Assembly: GCA_024704765.1 (NCBI GenBank)
Contig: JAKMXF010000302.1
Location: forward strand, 1 to 64,000
Source of the DNA: Oopsacas minuta
Lineage: Eukaryota > Animalia > Porifera
Direction: 5' to 3'
Length of the DNA: 64,000 nt
Position 1 is the stretch's first letter. Every line of letters starts with the position of its first letter. A program made the position numbers and the translations under genes. The notes under the pieces were generated by a model. It did not search any database, was not told the DNA's origin, and saw nothing but the letters and a program-made list of their open reading frames with translations. Shown piece after piece: positions 31,063-42,065 of the stretch.

Positions 31063-32484
31063 ATGTTTCTGAATATAGCTGCTACTGTCATCGGATTTTG
31101 GCTGTTTTTGAATATTCTCGACCAGTTGGCAAACTACTTTTCTGATAAGTATCGATCATTACGAGAAACTCAGCAATTCACAGTCACTTATGGTTACTTC
31201 AAGTTATACTCCACACATTTCAATGGCTTGTTTTCTCGATTACGGAAAATATTTGGACCTTTCCTTAGTCCATGGTTTGCTTTTGGATCATTTCTCGGCT
31301 GTTCTTTCATGATTTTATCTGTCTTGTTGCTGTCATTTGTCATAGCTTCAGAACTAACTATTGAACAACCTACTCAACTTCTAACCCCTATAGTACCAGG
31401 TGTCAACCTCCCATACCATCAGCTGATACTCTACCTCGTTGCTATTTTGATATCTGCTATATTCCACGAGGCAGGCCATGGACTAGCTGCTGTCAATGAG
31501 AATGTTAAAGTGAATGGTGTTGGTGTGTTTTGTTTTATAATTTATCCAGCTGCCTTTGTGGATTTGTGTTCAGAAGATCTTAGTACTTTAACTCCCAGGA
31601 AAAGACTTAGAATCTATTGTGCTGGTATTTGTCATAACTTTATCCTGGCTGTTATTGCTGTTATTTTCCTAATATTAGCTCCTTACATACTCTCTCTATT
31701 CTACTCAGTTTCCAGTGGTATATACGTTATGAGTGTAGATACTAACTCTGTTCTACACAATAAAGTATTCCCTAGTGACATTATCATGCAATTAAACGGA
31801 TGTCAAACCTTATCCAATTCTGACTACATCTCCTGTTTAAGAGAGATTATTACTATCTCTCAGCCTGGATACTGTGTGGATCAATCATACATCGATGAGC
31901 ATGAAGAGATAGGAGAGCATAGTGAAGATTGTTGTAAAGACAATATAGATTCAGATTTGTGTTTTCGTATTGATGGATACGTACCTCCTTACAGATGTAT
32001 GCACGCGCGGATTGTATCACAAAAACAACAGTGTAATAGCAACACTGATTGTGAAAGCACTTCTAAATGCTCTGTCCCTGTTCTCCCAGAAGAAGACAGA
32101 CTCATACGTATCTCTTTGCTCGGGATTGCTCCTTCTCAAGATACCCTCTATCTCGGTACTGGCTACGATCTATTTTATATTCTCAGCACTTCTAACTACA
32201 TTCCTAAGTCGGAGTTATGTATCCCAGAGTTACCTACATTTGTTGAGACTTTCCTCTCTATGATCGTGTCAATATCCGGTGCCCTAGCTCTGCTTAACTC
32301 TGTGCCTTGCTACTATTTGGACGGGTATTGGATATTCGACACTTTCCTAGATGCTTACTGCCCTTTCATGTTTAACAAGTACAATTACAGACAAATGTTT
32401 TGTAAAATCGTGTATTTTTCATCTACTGCTCTGTTAGTTGTAAATTTGCTGTTAGCTATAGTAAAGATGGCTCTAAGGAGCTGA
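31063..32484 (+). CDS. MBTPS2: Site-2 protease (membrane-bound transcription factor peptidase, M50), 473 aa
   Basis: HEAGH metalloprotease motif, PGVNLP, Cys-rich insert, NSVPCYYLDG motif. Confidence 0.94.
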   Translation: MFLNIAATVIGFWLFLNILDQLANYFSDKYRSLRETQQFTVTYGYFKLYSTHFNGLFSRLRKIFGPFLSPWFAFGSFLGCSFMILSVLLLSFVIASELTIEQPTQLLTPIVPGVNLPYHQLILYLVAILISAIFHEAGHGLAAVNENVKVNGVGVFCFIIYPAAFVDLCSEDLSTLTPRKRLRIYCAGICHNFILAVIAVIFLILAPYILSLFYSVSSGIYVMSVDTNSVLHNKVFPSDIIMQLNGCQTLSNSDYISCLREIITISQPGYCVDQSYIDEHEEIGEHSEDCCKDNIDSDLCFRIDGYVPPYRCMHARIVSQKQQCNSNTDCESTSKCSVPVLPEEDRLIRISLLGIAPSQDTLYLGTGYDLFYILSTSNYIPKSELCIPELPTFVETFLSMIVSISGALALLNSVPCYYLDGYWIFDTFLDAYCPFMFNKYNYRQMFCKIVYFSSTALLVVNLLLAIVKMALRS

Positions 32485-32873
32485 TTTGTATTCTGTTTTT
32501 GCTTAATCTATTCCACAGAACTGAGGTGAACTAATTTGATTACCATGTTACAGCGAATTAAGCTGTAGTACTAATTGGCAGGATTAGCAACCACGCATTA
32601 CTTATTGTAATATATTACTACTTCCATTGTTACACAACGTTTAATCAGACGAAACAATTAATTTCCATATTTAACCGATCCACTACTTTTTCTATAATTC
32701 TACTTTTGTCATAGCAGGTGACCATTCAGGGACTAGATGTTACTTGGAAAAACACTGATTATTATTTGTCGTTAATTGTATTGCAATATTTCCACTAAAT
32801 ATACAAACAATATTATTCTCGGCAATCTGGTTACTACTTCTTTATAGTGGTCTTTAGCTATTATTAATTATTG

Positions 32874-35738
32874 ATGGAATTATCAGTCCTCAGATACCAC
32901 ACTCTTTGTTTTATCATTTTTCTATTCACTGGAGTATGGGCACTTTACGAGGAAGACATCGGGAAATTCGACTGGCATATTCGCTCTATCGGTCCTATGA
33001 AGTTTAGCTTTTTTGACCAGACTCACCACACTAATAGACGAGTAATCATCTCAAGCGAGCTTAGCGTTTTAGCATCTGTGACTCTAAGGTCTGGTGATTT
33101 GGTGTGGAGACGTAGCCTAGAAGAGTATCGTCCTATTGACACTGTCCTGTATCGTGAATCTACCCTGATAACTGTATCAGACAATGGTAAAGTGGTCCGT
33201 AGATGGGACCCTGAATCAGGACATCTACAGTGGGAGATGTCCTCTGAGGGAGAATACGAGACTAATGAGTCGTATATCAATGCTTATTTGAATGAAACTA
33301 ATAAGATAATCCTTCTAACCAGCACCAAGCTAAAGTATTATTCGGTGGGAGGGCATTTATTGATTCATAAAGATCTGAATATGGAGATGGATGGGGCTGT
33401 AGCATTTAAGATGTCAGTACTCAAAAGTAGTATTATTCTATTGTTATACAACTCTAATAGCAAAAGTGTTAATTGGGTTAGTATGCTAAACTCTAAAGTA
33501 CAGGAGAATGGTATTATTCAAGCTTTTGATAATTTCAGGGAAGAACATTGTTTGTTAGTTGGAATGAGAAGCATAGTTTGTTTGGATAAGCAAACAGCTA
33601 AATTCTATGTAGCTACACTAGAACAATCTGAATTCATAGTTTATACACTAATAGATCTTCACATAGGGCCAATTGATCTTACTGAGGAGTCTTGTATTCA
33701 GATATCTGATCACTTCTCTAAGGTCACTCCTCGTTTCTATTTTATTTTATCAGCTAACAGGCAGTTTATTCTAGAATTGGAATTTAGTGACAATTCTATT
33801 AGAATTGTACAGAGCTTTTCTTCAGATAATTCTCTCCTCTTATTTGACGATATTCTGGAGAATAACATTATCGTATTTAGCCTTACTTCAGATTTTACTA
33901 ATCTGTCTGTTAGATGTTACGATCTGTACAATGAAGCTTATATAGACTCTCTAGAAATAACGCTAGCTATGAACAGATTCTCTGGGTCTCCTGTACGAGC
34001 AGTACCCTACTTGTTCTATAAGAAAGGACAGAGTATAGGCTACCGTATAATTGTATCATTTCAAGACGGATCCTTCTCTCTGATCCAGCAGACTGGTAGG
34101 ATTAGCTGGACAAGAGATGAGGCTCTTAGTGATATTGTATCTGCTAAATTTATAACATTATCAACAACTGAAGAGAATACTATATACTCTTCCGTATTGC
34201 TAGACTCGGCTACTAGTACTAATCCAGTAGAGGGATTCTATAGGATGATATACAGCCAAGCAATATATGTCAGGGATAGGATATTACATATCAAGCAGAT
34301 TATTCTAGAACCTTCTATCTATAATGAAACTCTACACGAAGCTATCCAGCCTGTGCAATCAGCTGCAATATTTGTCACAAGACTTGGGAAAGTGTATTGT
34401 ATCGATTCAAAGAGTGGCCTATTCTTATGGAATCTTTACCTACCTCATCTCACTGGCTATCTATCCTCTATTTACGAAGACACGTGTATAATTAAACTCA
34501 TTAACACAAGTCCTGAATCTGCTCTTGTTATTTTAGGACACTCAAACTCTCCTGACTATTGTAACGGTACTGTTAGTATAGTTGTTAATCCTTTGACAGG
34601 TGAATATATGCCAAACTATCCATCCTGTTTATCTTATAACATCAGTCAATCAGTACAGCTGGAGGAAGATGGTAAAGTAGTTGCTATAGCACTGCTAGAC
34701 TCAGATAATACTATTCATATATTCCCTGATACTTACAGCTTACAACCTGACACAAGATTATTCATGTATACTGCTGATGCTCAGACAGGAGAAATCACTG
34801 GTCATCACTTCTCTACTAATGGAGACGATACCTTTAAACACGTTCCTACTTGGAGTTTCATATTGCCTCGCTTGAGAGAAGAACTTGTCCTCTTCTCTGT
34901 AAAAAATTCCGCAGAATCTATCTATGCTAATGCTCGTGTCTTGTCTGATCGATCTGTACTTTATAAATACTTGAATCCGCACCTGACAGTGCTAATCACT
35001 GAATCAAGAAATGAACGAAAACCTTGTGTATACTTGTACGTGTTAGACGGAGTTAGTGGTAGACTTATACATCAGCTGTATCATAGTAATGCAAGGTCTA
35101 CAGTACCTCCCATCCTAGCAGAGAATTGGATAGCTTATCAAATTATCAATTTGAAGGAGAAGAGACAGGAGTTTATTATGTTAGAAATGTACGAAGGAAA
35201 AACTGTTAACAATGCTAGTACTTGGACTTCTTTTGCAAATATTAATGTTTTAGTTCTCTCTCGTTCCTTCATTCTGCCCGGAGATCTATACACTATGACT
35301 GTTACGAGCACGAACCGAGGGATTACACCTAAGGATATTATTCTTGGATTCGGGAATGGACAGCTCTTCTCACTCCCAAAGTCCTTTGTGGAGCCAAAGA
35401 TACCCCATGAGTTGTCCAAGTCTCCGTCTCCTGAGCCTGCGAAATCTCCCACCCCTAAAATCCCATTGAGCTACCAGCGTGTTATAAACTACAACAAATC
35501 TATAGACCGTCTCAGAGAGATTCTTGTAGCTCCAGCAGAGCTAGAGTCTACCTGCTCAGTGCTGGCTTACGGAATAGATATCTTTCATACACAGTCAAGT
35601 CCATCAAAGTCATTTGACAAACTAGCAGAAGATTTTGGCTACACTTTGATTATAGGAGTTTTAGCTGTATTTCTCGTATTTAGCTTAGTTGGTTCTAGTA
35701 TTTCAGTCTATAGGAAAACTAACCAGAATTGGTGCTAG
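32874..35738 (+). CDS. EMC1: ER membrane protein complex subunit 1, ~954 aa (ATG at 32874)
   Basis: Signal peptide followed by ALYEEDIGKFDW, beta-propeller repeats, DRSVLYKYLNPHL, TNRGITPKDII, LESTCSVLAYGIDIF..SPSKSFDKL, C-terminal TM helix ending in W. Confidence 0.95.
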   Translation: MELSVLRYHTLCFIIFLFTGVWALYEEDIGKFDWHIRSIGPMKFSFFDQTHHTNRRVIISSELSVLASVTLRSGDLVWRRSLEEYRPIDTVLYRESTLITVSDNGKVVRRWDPESGHLQWEMSSEGEYETNESYINAYLNETNKIILLTSTKLKYYSVGGHLLIHKDLNMEMDGAVAFKMSVLKSSIILLLYNSNSKSVNWVSMLNSKVQENGIIQAFDNFREEHCLLVGMRSIVCLDKQTAKFYVATLEQSEFIVYTLIDLHIGPIDLTEESCIQISDHFSKVTPRFYFILSANRQFILELEFSDNSIRIVQSFSSDNSLLLFDDILENNIIVFSLTSDFTNLSVRCYDLYNEAYIDSLEITLAMNRFSGSPVRAVPYLFYKKGQSIGYRIIVSFQDGSFSLIQQTGRISWTRDEALSDIVSAKFITLSTTEENTIYSSVLLDSATSTNPVEGFYRMIYSQAIYVRDRILHIKQIILEPSIYNETLHEAIQPVQSAAIFVTRLGKVYCIDSKSGLFLWNLYLPHLTGYLSSIYEDTCIIKLINTSPESALVILGHSNSPDYCNGTVSIVVNPLTGEYMPNYPSCLSYNISQSVQLEEDGKVVAIALLDSDNTIHIFPDTYSLQPDTRLFMYTADAQTGEITGHHFSTNGDDTFKHVPTWSFILPRLREELVLFSVKNSAESIYANARVLSDRSVLYKYLNPHLTVLITESRNERKPCVYLYVLDGVSGRLIHQLYHSNARSTVPPILAENWIAYQIINLKEKRQEFIMLEMYEGKTVNNASTWTSFANINVLVLSRSFILPGDLYTMTVTSTNRGITPKDIILGFGNGQLFSLPKSFVEPKIPHELSKSPSPEPAKSPTPKIPLSYQRVINYNKSIDRLREILVAPAELESTCSVLAYGIDIFHTQSSPSKSFDKLAEDFGYTLIIGVLAVFLVFSLVGSSISVYRKTNQNWC

Positions 35739-36354
35739 TGCTTACAAAATTTCTAGGTCAATATCGCTTGTCTGTTGTGTATATTGCTAAATACATTAGT
35801 ATTAAATCTAGGGTCTTATTAATCGTTATATTTAGAATATTAATAAAATTATTTTACATTCACTCTTACAGTGCTTAGACTATATAGCACGAATTACCAC
35901 CTGCTGCTTACTTTATCAGTCTTACGATTACAGAAAAGTCTATCGAAATTTATAAAATGTCTTCTTATATTTTCTCGTGCAAAGAGACTTGATGTTTACA
36001 GGTAGTTGTTACCGATAATTATTTATTTGCATAAACCATTAGAATAGTTCGAATATAGATTGCATTTACACATTTATTATATTCTCTTTAGGTTAACATA
36101 TCTTGATTGCTCAGCTTATTTTAGTTGATGGTTTGATAAACAAAAGGTAAGGAATAGATTGAATATTGAATTTTAATCGTATCTTACCTTAATATTGTAT
36201 CTATTAGCGATCACGAGGTCAAATCTGAGCTCGTAATCTAAGTACAAGAACACCAAATCATCGGTGATGAGATTTATAATACCAGTAATTTGAGCTAAAA
36301 TCATTTCATCCTAGTGAATGAATAAATTATGAATGTTTGACTTCTAGGGGGAGG

Positions 36355-36430
36355 AGTTGTCTTACGCTTAACCTTAGTACGCCAGCCAGCTAGGCTTGAA
36401 GGCGGGCTAATGGCGGTAATGTAAGCAACT
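36355..36430. ncRNA. Candidate 76-nt structured hairpin (GC-rich island) between the convergent EMC1 and TRAF 3' ends
   Basis: Manual fold: AGTTG(T)CTTAC pairs with GTAAGCAACT, TTAGT-A-CGCC pairs with GGCG-G-GCTAA, apical AGCC/GGCT stem. No RNA family recognised. Confidence 0.3.
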
Positions 36431-36635
36431 GTCAATTTTATGAATGAATTCCATCAAGTAGAGGCTGGTGCAATTTCAAGAACAAATAGAGATGTAAACT
36501 AATACTATTATATAATAGAGTAGAGAGGATAAGGTACGGGAGACATTTATGGGAATAATTTAGTAAATAAAGTTCTAAATACTTCATCACCTGTCTCATC
36601 TTATTTATAGTAAAGTCTGTAGTGTCTATAAAGTT

Positions 36636-38876
36636 TCACAAAACTGGCAGAGTATTAACAATTTCTATTTCTACTTTTAAATAGAGAGAATTGTCCATGA
36701 GGAAAGCATGTAGTTGGTTTCGCGTTTGAATCGGGATAAACCCACTCACATAGCCTTGCGCTTTATTCCATGTCTTCTCTTTCTTTTCCCGAATTGGTTT
36801 TCTATCGAATTTAGCTGTGGTATCCGCTGTTATAGCTTGTGTGGAATCAGTAGGGTGAATAATCGTGTAACGAACTCTGAAGAAGACTGGCCATTCTCTA
36901 TCTTCCTCCGTCTCATTTCGGATTATTCCTAACTCCACGTCTCCAGGAGAATGCCACCCTCCAAACCATAGCAGAGCGTATATTCGGTACCCCTCGATTA
37001 CCAGCTCCTTGCTCTCCACAACATGTTTTGTTTTCATTTGGTGGAATATTTGAGGAATTTTCCACAGTAGAGTACCAGGTAGGCTAATATTCTTCTCCAG
37101 AAATGCACTCTCCCTCCGACCGGACTCTATCTTTGCTTGGAGGTTCTCATTCTCTTCCACTAGCTTTTCTATCGTAGATCTAGAATCATCTACTAAAGTT
37201 CTTAGTAGCCTCAGATGCTCTCCGTTTTGAACAAGCATATGTTCATGTATATCCCCTCTTGGTATTTGTTCCTCGCATCCATAACTGCTATATGGACAGG
37301 GTACTAGGATCTTGCCGCACTTCTTTAAGATATGTAATCCCAGCTGACATTGTGGTATTTCTGTGTTACTACATTCCTTCGGACAGTTTACGTAGATAAG
37401 GTGCTCATTGAAACGAAGTACTGGTATCTCTGTGTTACAGTGAGGACAGTTAGTTTTTCTTTCACCACAATCCCCATTTACATGATCTTCTAGACTCTTC
37501 CTGTAAAATACCTGGTCACAGCCATTGTGTGGACATCTGTAACGCATGTATGGACAACTCTGGTTTAAGTGGCCTTCCATATGTTTGAGTTTCCCTCTCC
37601 ATTGACAGCCACGTCCCGTTAGAGGACACTTCACTGGCAATGATTGTATTTTCTTGTTCAGATGTTTGTCGAAGATAGCCTGCTTCACTTTCTGAGGAGT
37701 TCTTAGTTTAGGAAGACATATCTTACAGCATGCCTCCCACTCGCTAAAGTGCGGCTCTCTTATAATGCATTTGCACTGAGGACATGAGTACATTGCCTTA
37801 AGCACAGAATGGTGATCTAGAAACAGGTCGATACTATATCCAGAGAATTGTCCGTTATGTAGATCGTACAATAGCATTTGGATATCATCAGGGATTTGGT
37901 CATACTCATCGCTGGGCGTAACCATCTGTACCCTCTCACTGGCAGGAGTAACCGTCAAGCTGCGGAGACTTGGCTGAGGAGAAGTATCGCGGAATGTTGA
38001 CGTGATGGATAGAACATCTGTCAAATCCGACTCAAAGCTCATATCTCGTCTGTGGATATTAGGAACAGATTGTAACTCGTGTTCCTCAGATTGTACTGAA
38101 GAAGTAGTAGAGGACTGATCAGCTAGAACACTACTACTGCTAGGGGTTAGAGGACTGACTGGTGTCAACTTGTCGATATCACTCCCAAAGCTAGTGCAGG
38201 GCAACAGGTCTGCGCTACTAAATTCTGTAATAGGAGTTGGCAGAGTAGTCTCTATTCTAATCTGTTGTTTTTCAAGGGGCAGTGTTACATACTTCGAACC
38301 TTGAGGTGAAGAATGTCCAAGCGAATTACTCTTAAGCGGACTCATATCCACGCCGGAATCTAGCGCAAGTTTGTCAACAACTTTAGAGTAGTTAAGTAAT
38401 TCAGCGTCTCGACGATTTATCGCTATATTGTCTAGTATAATGTCTAAGTCATCAGCTTTATCTGTTTGTGGTTCATTTTCCAATTTCTGAGAGTCTCTAC
38501 TAATTATTGGTGGATTTATTTCTTCCCCTTGCTGCTCTATGCTGGCTAGAAGGGAGTCAGGAATTTGAGGCCGTCTCTTCAAGAGATCATATTCCGGGGT
38601 TCTAAGCACGAACGAAGGGGGTGTACCCATGTTCCTACTGGGATAAATTTGTGTTTCGTTCTTAGGCAATTTCCTACTATTTTCTACTGGTAGTGGGATT
38701 GTGAGTGGTGATACTTGATTGATTGTTGGTTCAGAAACGGAATTTGTTAAGCTAAAACCTGGCTCTGAGGTAACTTTCTTAGCTCTGAGTTTCAGAATCC
38801 TAGTTGGCTTGACACCCGTGGAGCTGAAGGACCCATTTTGCGGCTTCCCTCGGAAGCTCGGCGATAAATTTGCCAT
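36636..38876 (-). CDS. TRAF-like protein (long disordered N-terminus, degenerate RING, TRAF zinc fingers, coiled coil, MATH), 746 aa
   Basis: IQSLPVKCPLTGRGCQWRGKLKHMEGHLNQSCP, tandem C-x2/4-C...H-x3/4-C fingers, CPYSSYGCEEQIPR...HM, and a MATH-like tail (LLWKIP...GYRIYALLWFGG...DNSLYLKVEI). Confidence 0.85.
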   Translation of the reverse strand: MANLSPSFRGKPQNGSFSSTGVKPTRILKLRAKKVTSEPGFSLTNSVSEPTINQVSPLTIPLPVENSRKLPKNETQIYPSRNMGTPPSFVLRTPEYDLLKRRPQIPDSLLASIEQQGEEINPPIISRDSQKLENEPQTDKADDLDIILDNIAINRRDAELLNYSKVVDKLALDSGVDMSPLKSNSLGHSSPQGSKYVTLPLEKQQIRIETTLPTPITEFSSADLLPCTSFGSDIDKLTPVSPLTPSSSSVLADQSSTTSSVQSEEHELQSVPNIHRRDMSFESDLTDVLSITSTFRDTSPQPSLRSLTVTPASERVQMVTPSDEYDQIPDDIQMLLYDLHNGQFSGYSIDLFLDHHSVLKAMYSCPQCKCIIREPHFSEWEACCKICLPKLRTPQKVKQAIFDKHLNKKIQSLPVKCPLTGRGCQWRGKLKHMEGHLNQSCPYMRYRCPHNGCDQVFYRKSLEDHVNGDCGERKTNCPHCNTEIPVLRFNEHLIYVNCPKECSNTEIPQCQLGLHILKKCGKILVPCPYSSYGCEEQIPRGDIHEHMLVQNGEHLRLLRTLVDDSRSTIEKLVEENENLQAKIESGRRESAFLEKNISLPGTLLWKIPQIFHQMKTKHVVESKELVIEGYRIYALLWFGGWHSPGDVELGIIRNETEEDREWPVFFRVRYTIIHPTDSTQAITADTTAKFDRKPIREKKEKTWNKAQGYVSGFIPIQTRNQLHAFLMDNSLYLKVEIEIVNTLPVL

Positions 38877-40635
38877 AAATATTTATTTAAGTTTAGATAT
38901 CTTAAAATTGCATTGGCAAGGGAAATCAATAAATTATTTGAACCCAAAGCCTACTTGTATGTGCCTTATACTTGTAACATAGCATGCAATTCAATAGTTC
39001 ACAAATCTTGGATGACAATTTCTTTGTTCTCTTATGACAATAGCACCACTCCCTGAATTATTTCTACGTTGTTGACCACTTAGAAATCTATCTGTCTTTA
39101 TTCTAAGTTCACAATATATATCATAATTAACTATACACAACAAACATTTTATTTTATTATTATTATTATAGAAGATAGCGGATCTGTTATCGCAGAGTGA
39201 AATAGATAATAACAATTTTCAATTTTGTTTCCTAATCAATTAGAGCATTTCTCCAAAACAAAAATTATCTAATCCACAATTATTCGCTAGCCAGCTAGCA
39301 GCTCTCATATACTAGATATTCTTTATGAAACTACTCTATTATTTATTCACACAATATATATTTTATGTCATATTGCTCACTAGCATATCATATAGTTATT
39401 GTGTCTAGCTTTGAAACTAATCCTTACAAATCATCAGTCCTGGGAACTATTTGTAAAACAGAACACTATCTCCCCTAATTAGTTAATCAGTTATAGTTAA
39501 TTATAATTATATATGTATCTCTCACTTGTCAGTTATACACGTATTCGATTCTTTCAATTAATAGAAACAAATCATACAAGATTGGGGTCTTAACTATACA
39601 CTGTACCCAGGTCACCCTTTGTGTTATGTTCTCTGTGAAATGTTTTTAGATTTTGGACAGTACTTGATTTCATTCCACGTATACGCCTTAAGTTATCTAG
39701 TCCCTCCTTCCTCTTAGTATCAGTTTATACATTCTACTCAGTAAGTTAAGTCCACCTACTCTCTGAATAGAAGTAATGATATGGTCGTCATTATTTTAGT
39801 GTATTTATCAATCTAATTAAGTTTTCATTTTCCTGATTTTTTCTTAACGTGACTACCAATATCTGCGTATTTGATATTAATATTGCGACAATAGAGATAT
39901 GACATACTGTTATGTTGACGACATAATTTACAAATTACATGTTAAGATTATGAAGTAATTATTCTAATTATTTACGTATTTATAATCATTGTCTTACAAG
40001 GTAACTACAATCACCATGCCTTTTCCTGTTCCTCCAAAGGAAGTGTTACAAGAGTTGTTTGATACCGCGGTCTAATAATGCCATATACTATCAGGTGAGC
40101 CTTGATGTACTTTGCCTCTCGTCATGAATAGACCTTGTAAACGAAGTCCGCTAGTCAACTACTAATAAATATTGCGTTATCATTCCATCAGTATTACTTC
40201 CCAAATCAGATTACCTCCCAATTCAAATGATTACTGTCTCTGCCATTAATTCTGTTAGTAATGACGCAACCTGATTAGTCTATCTACTGTTTTGCAACAA
40301 CCATTTTTGGGATATAATATTATGGCTAAATTCACATATTTTGTTTGTTCATTCTAACAATTTTAGCTGGAGTTGTTTTGGCTATTATTGTGACGACTTA
40401 TTCCTGCCAGCAATGTGATCAAGTCTATTCCTCTTACTTTAATATAATTACCGTCTTTCTTAATTCATTATTATTATTATTTCCTATTCTATTCCTGTTA
40501 ACAATCGAGAATACAAATTTATGGGATTTAATCAATATTTATTTCATACAGTACAATGCATGACGGGTCTATTTCTATTTCTATTTTCTTGAAGAGATTA
40601 GACCGAATTAAAATTTAATGAAATATAACTAAAAA

Positions 40636-40962
40636 CTAAAAACAAATATCAACAATTTCGTCATCGTCATACCTACCGTAATGCTGGTAGATATACGAAT
40701 TTTTTTGTTCCTTGAGCTCGTCTACCTCGAGTAGCAGTTCTCCCAGTTCTTTCTCTAGAGATGTTCTCTCCATCTCTAGAGCCTGATATTCCTCCCTTTT
40801 ACGTTGTCGGTTTTTGACTCCGTAAGCTCGCATTTTCATTTTTCTTCTCATATCTTTTACCGATTTACTGGCTTCATTTGTGAGTTTCTCTGCTTTTATT
40901 GCTCGATTCAGTTCTTTGATGTCGATGCCTGCAATGTCGATTTGCGAAAAATTATAATCCAT
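40636..40962 (-). CDS. Small Maf-like bZIP protein with divergent basic region, ~108 aa (probable ATG at 40962)
   Basis: IKELNRAIK (Maf extended homology region VRELNRHLR), basic region RRKMKMRAYGVKNR, leucine zipper LEMERTSLEKELGELLLEVDELKEQK. Confidence 0.7.
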   Translation of the reverse strand: MDYNFSQIDIAGIDIKELNRAIKAEKLTNEASKSVKDMRRKMKMRAYGVKNRQRKREEYQALEMERTSLEKELGELLLEVDELKEQKNSYIYQHYGRYDDDEIVDICF

Positions 40963-42065
40963 TTTTTGTTGTGTGTGTCTTGTTTGTGTGAAATTGAATA
41001 ATCTGACTTGTTGTGTGTGTTTCTCAAATTCGGCTTTATATACTATTGAATAGCTCAACCAGTTTACTGCTCAGTTACCATTAATGTCTGGTCACTAAAA
41101 CCAATTACTTGCCACAATTATTACTACTAAGTAATTTAATTTGATATTAATTGTACTCTCTTGTATCAGATAATTGTAAATTTCCATGTTTCATCCCGAA
41201 TTTGCCCTCTTCTCAACTTAAATTTAGAATCCTACCTGCCTATACATACATAATGTACCATTATATGTGTATAATTCAGTAATTTCATCTTCTCTCCGCA
41301 TCTCATTCTGATTCCTAAGGCCTGTATGATGCTATGAAACATTATCCTATTTAATGACAGTTACTTAGTTAATTGCTTAATAGCATTTCTCCCTTAAGGA
41401 ACACAGTGGTAATACTCTACATATTATAGTTACTAGATGTATGCAGTATGTATTTGCTGTAGTTTTACTACCTCGTACATCCCTCCTAGCTATAAAGATC
41501 CTGGCATCTACTGTATACCCACAAGTATTCGACTTATGTTACAATAAATATTGATTTGTTATTATTTATATGTTTTAACTACTGAGGCTTTAAGCTGCCT
41601 CAACAGTTATTGCATACTCTTGTCAAGACATGTATCACATGTATGTTTGCACCATAATATCATTATAAGCACGGTATGTATCATAGCTACTTGCTTTTTG
41701 TGAAGCTTATCGGTTTATGCTATACGTATAAACAAAATGGCTACTTTACAGAATATACTGTTTATTTCTCATATCACTATTGGAGACTTATTTCTTATTT
41801 GTTTAATAATGTTATTTATTTATTTATTTGAATTTCTGCTGAGTTGACTTCTGTCCAATACATGGTAGTTGTTATGGAGCTTTTAATGTATGTGAAATTC
41901 TTGTGGCTAGTTCTCTACGTCACTGATTGAATAATCTGTAACACAACCTCTTAGTTGTAAGAAATTACCTAAATTTGAATATTCCGCAGTCAATTTGGTA
42001 GCTTTGTTTCGCTAACATTCTTCTAATTTATTAGAATTATTGTGGATATTCTCAGATAAACCGAT

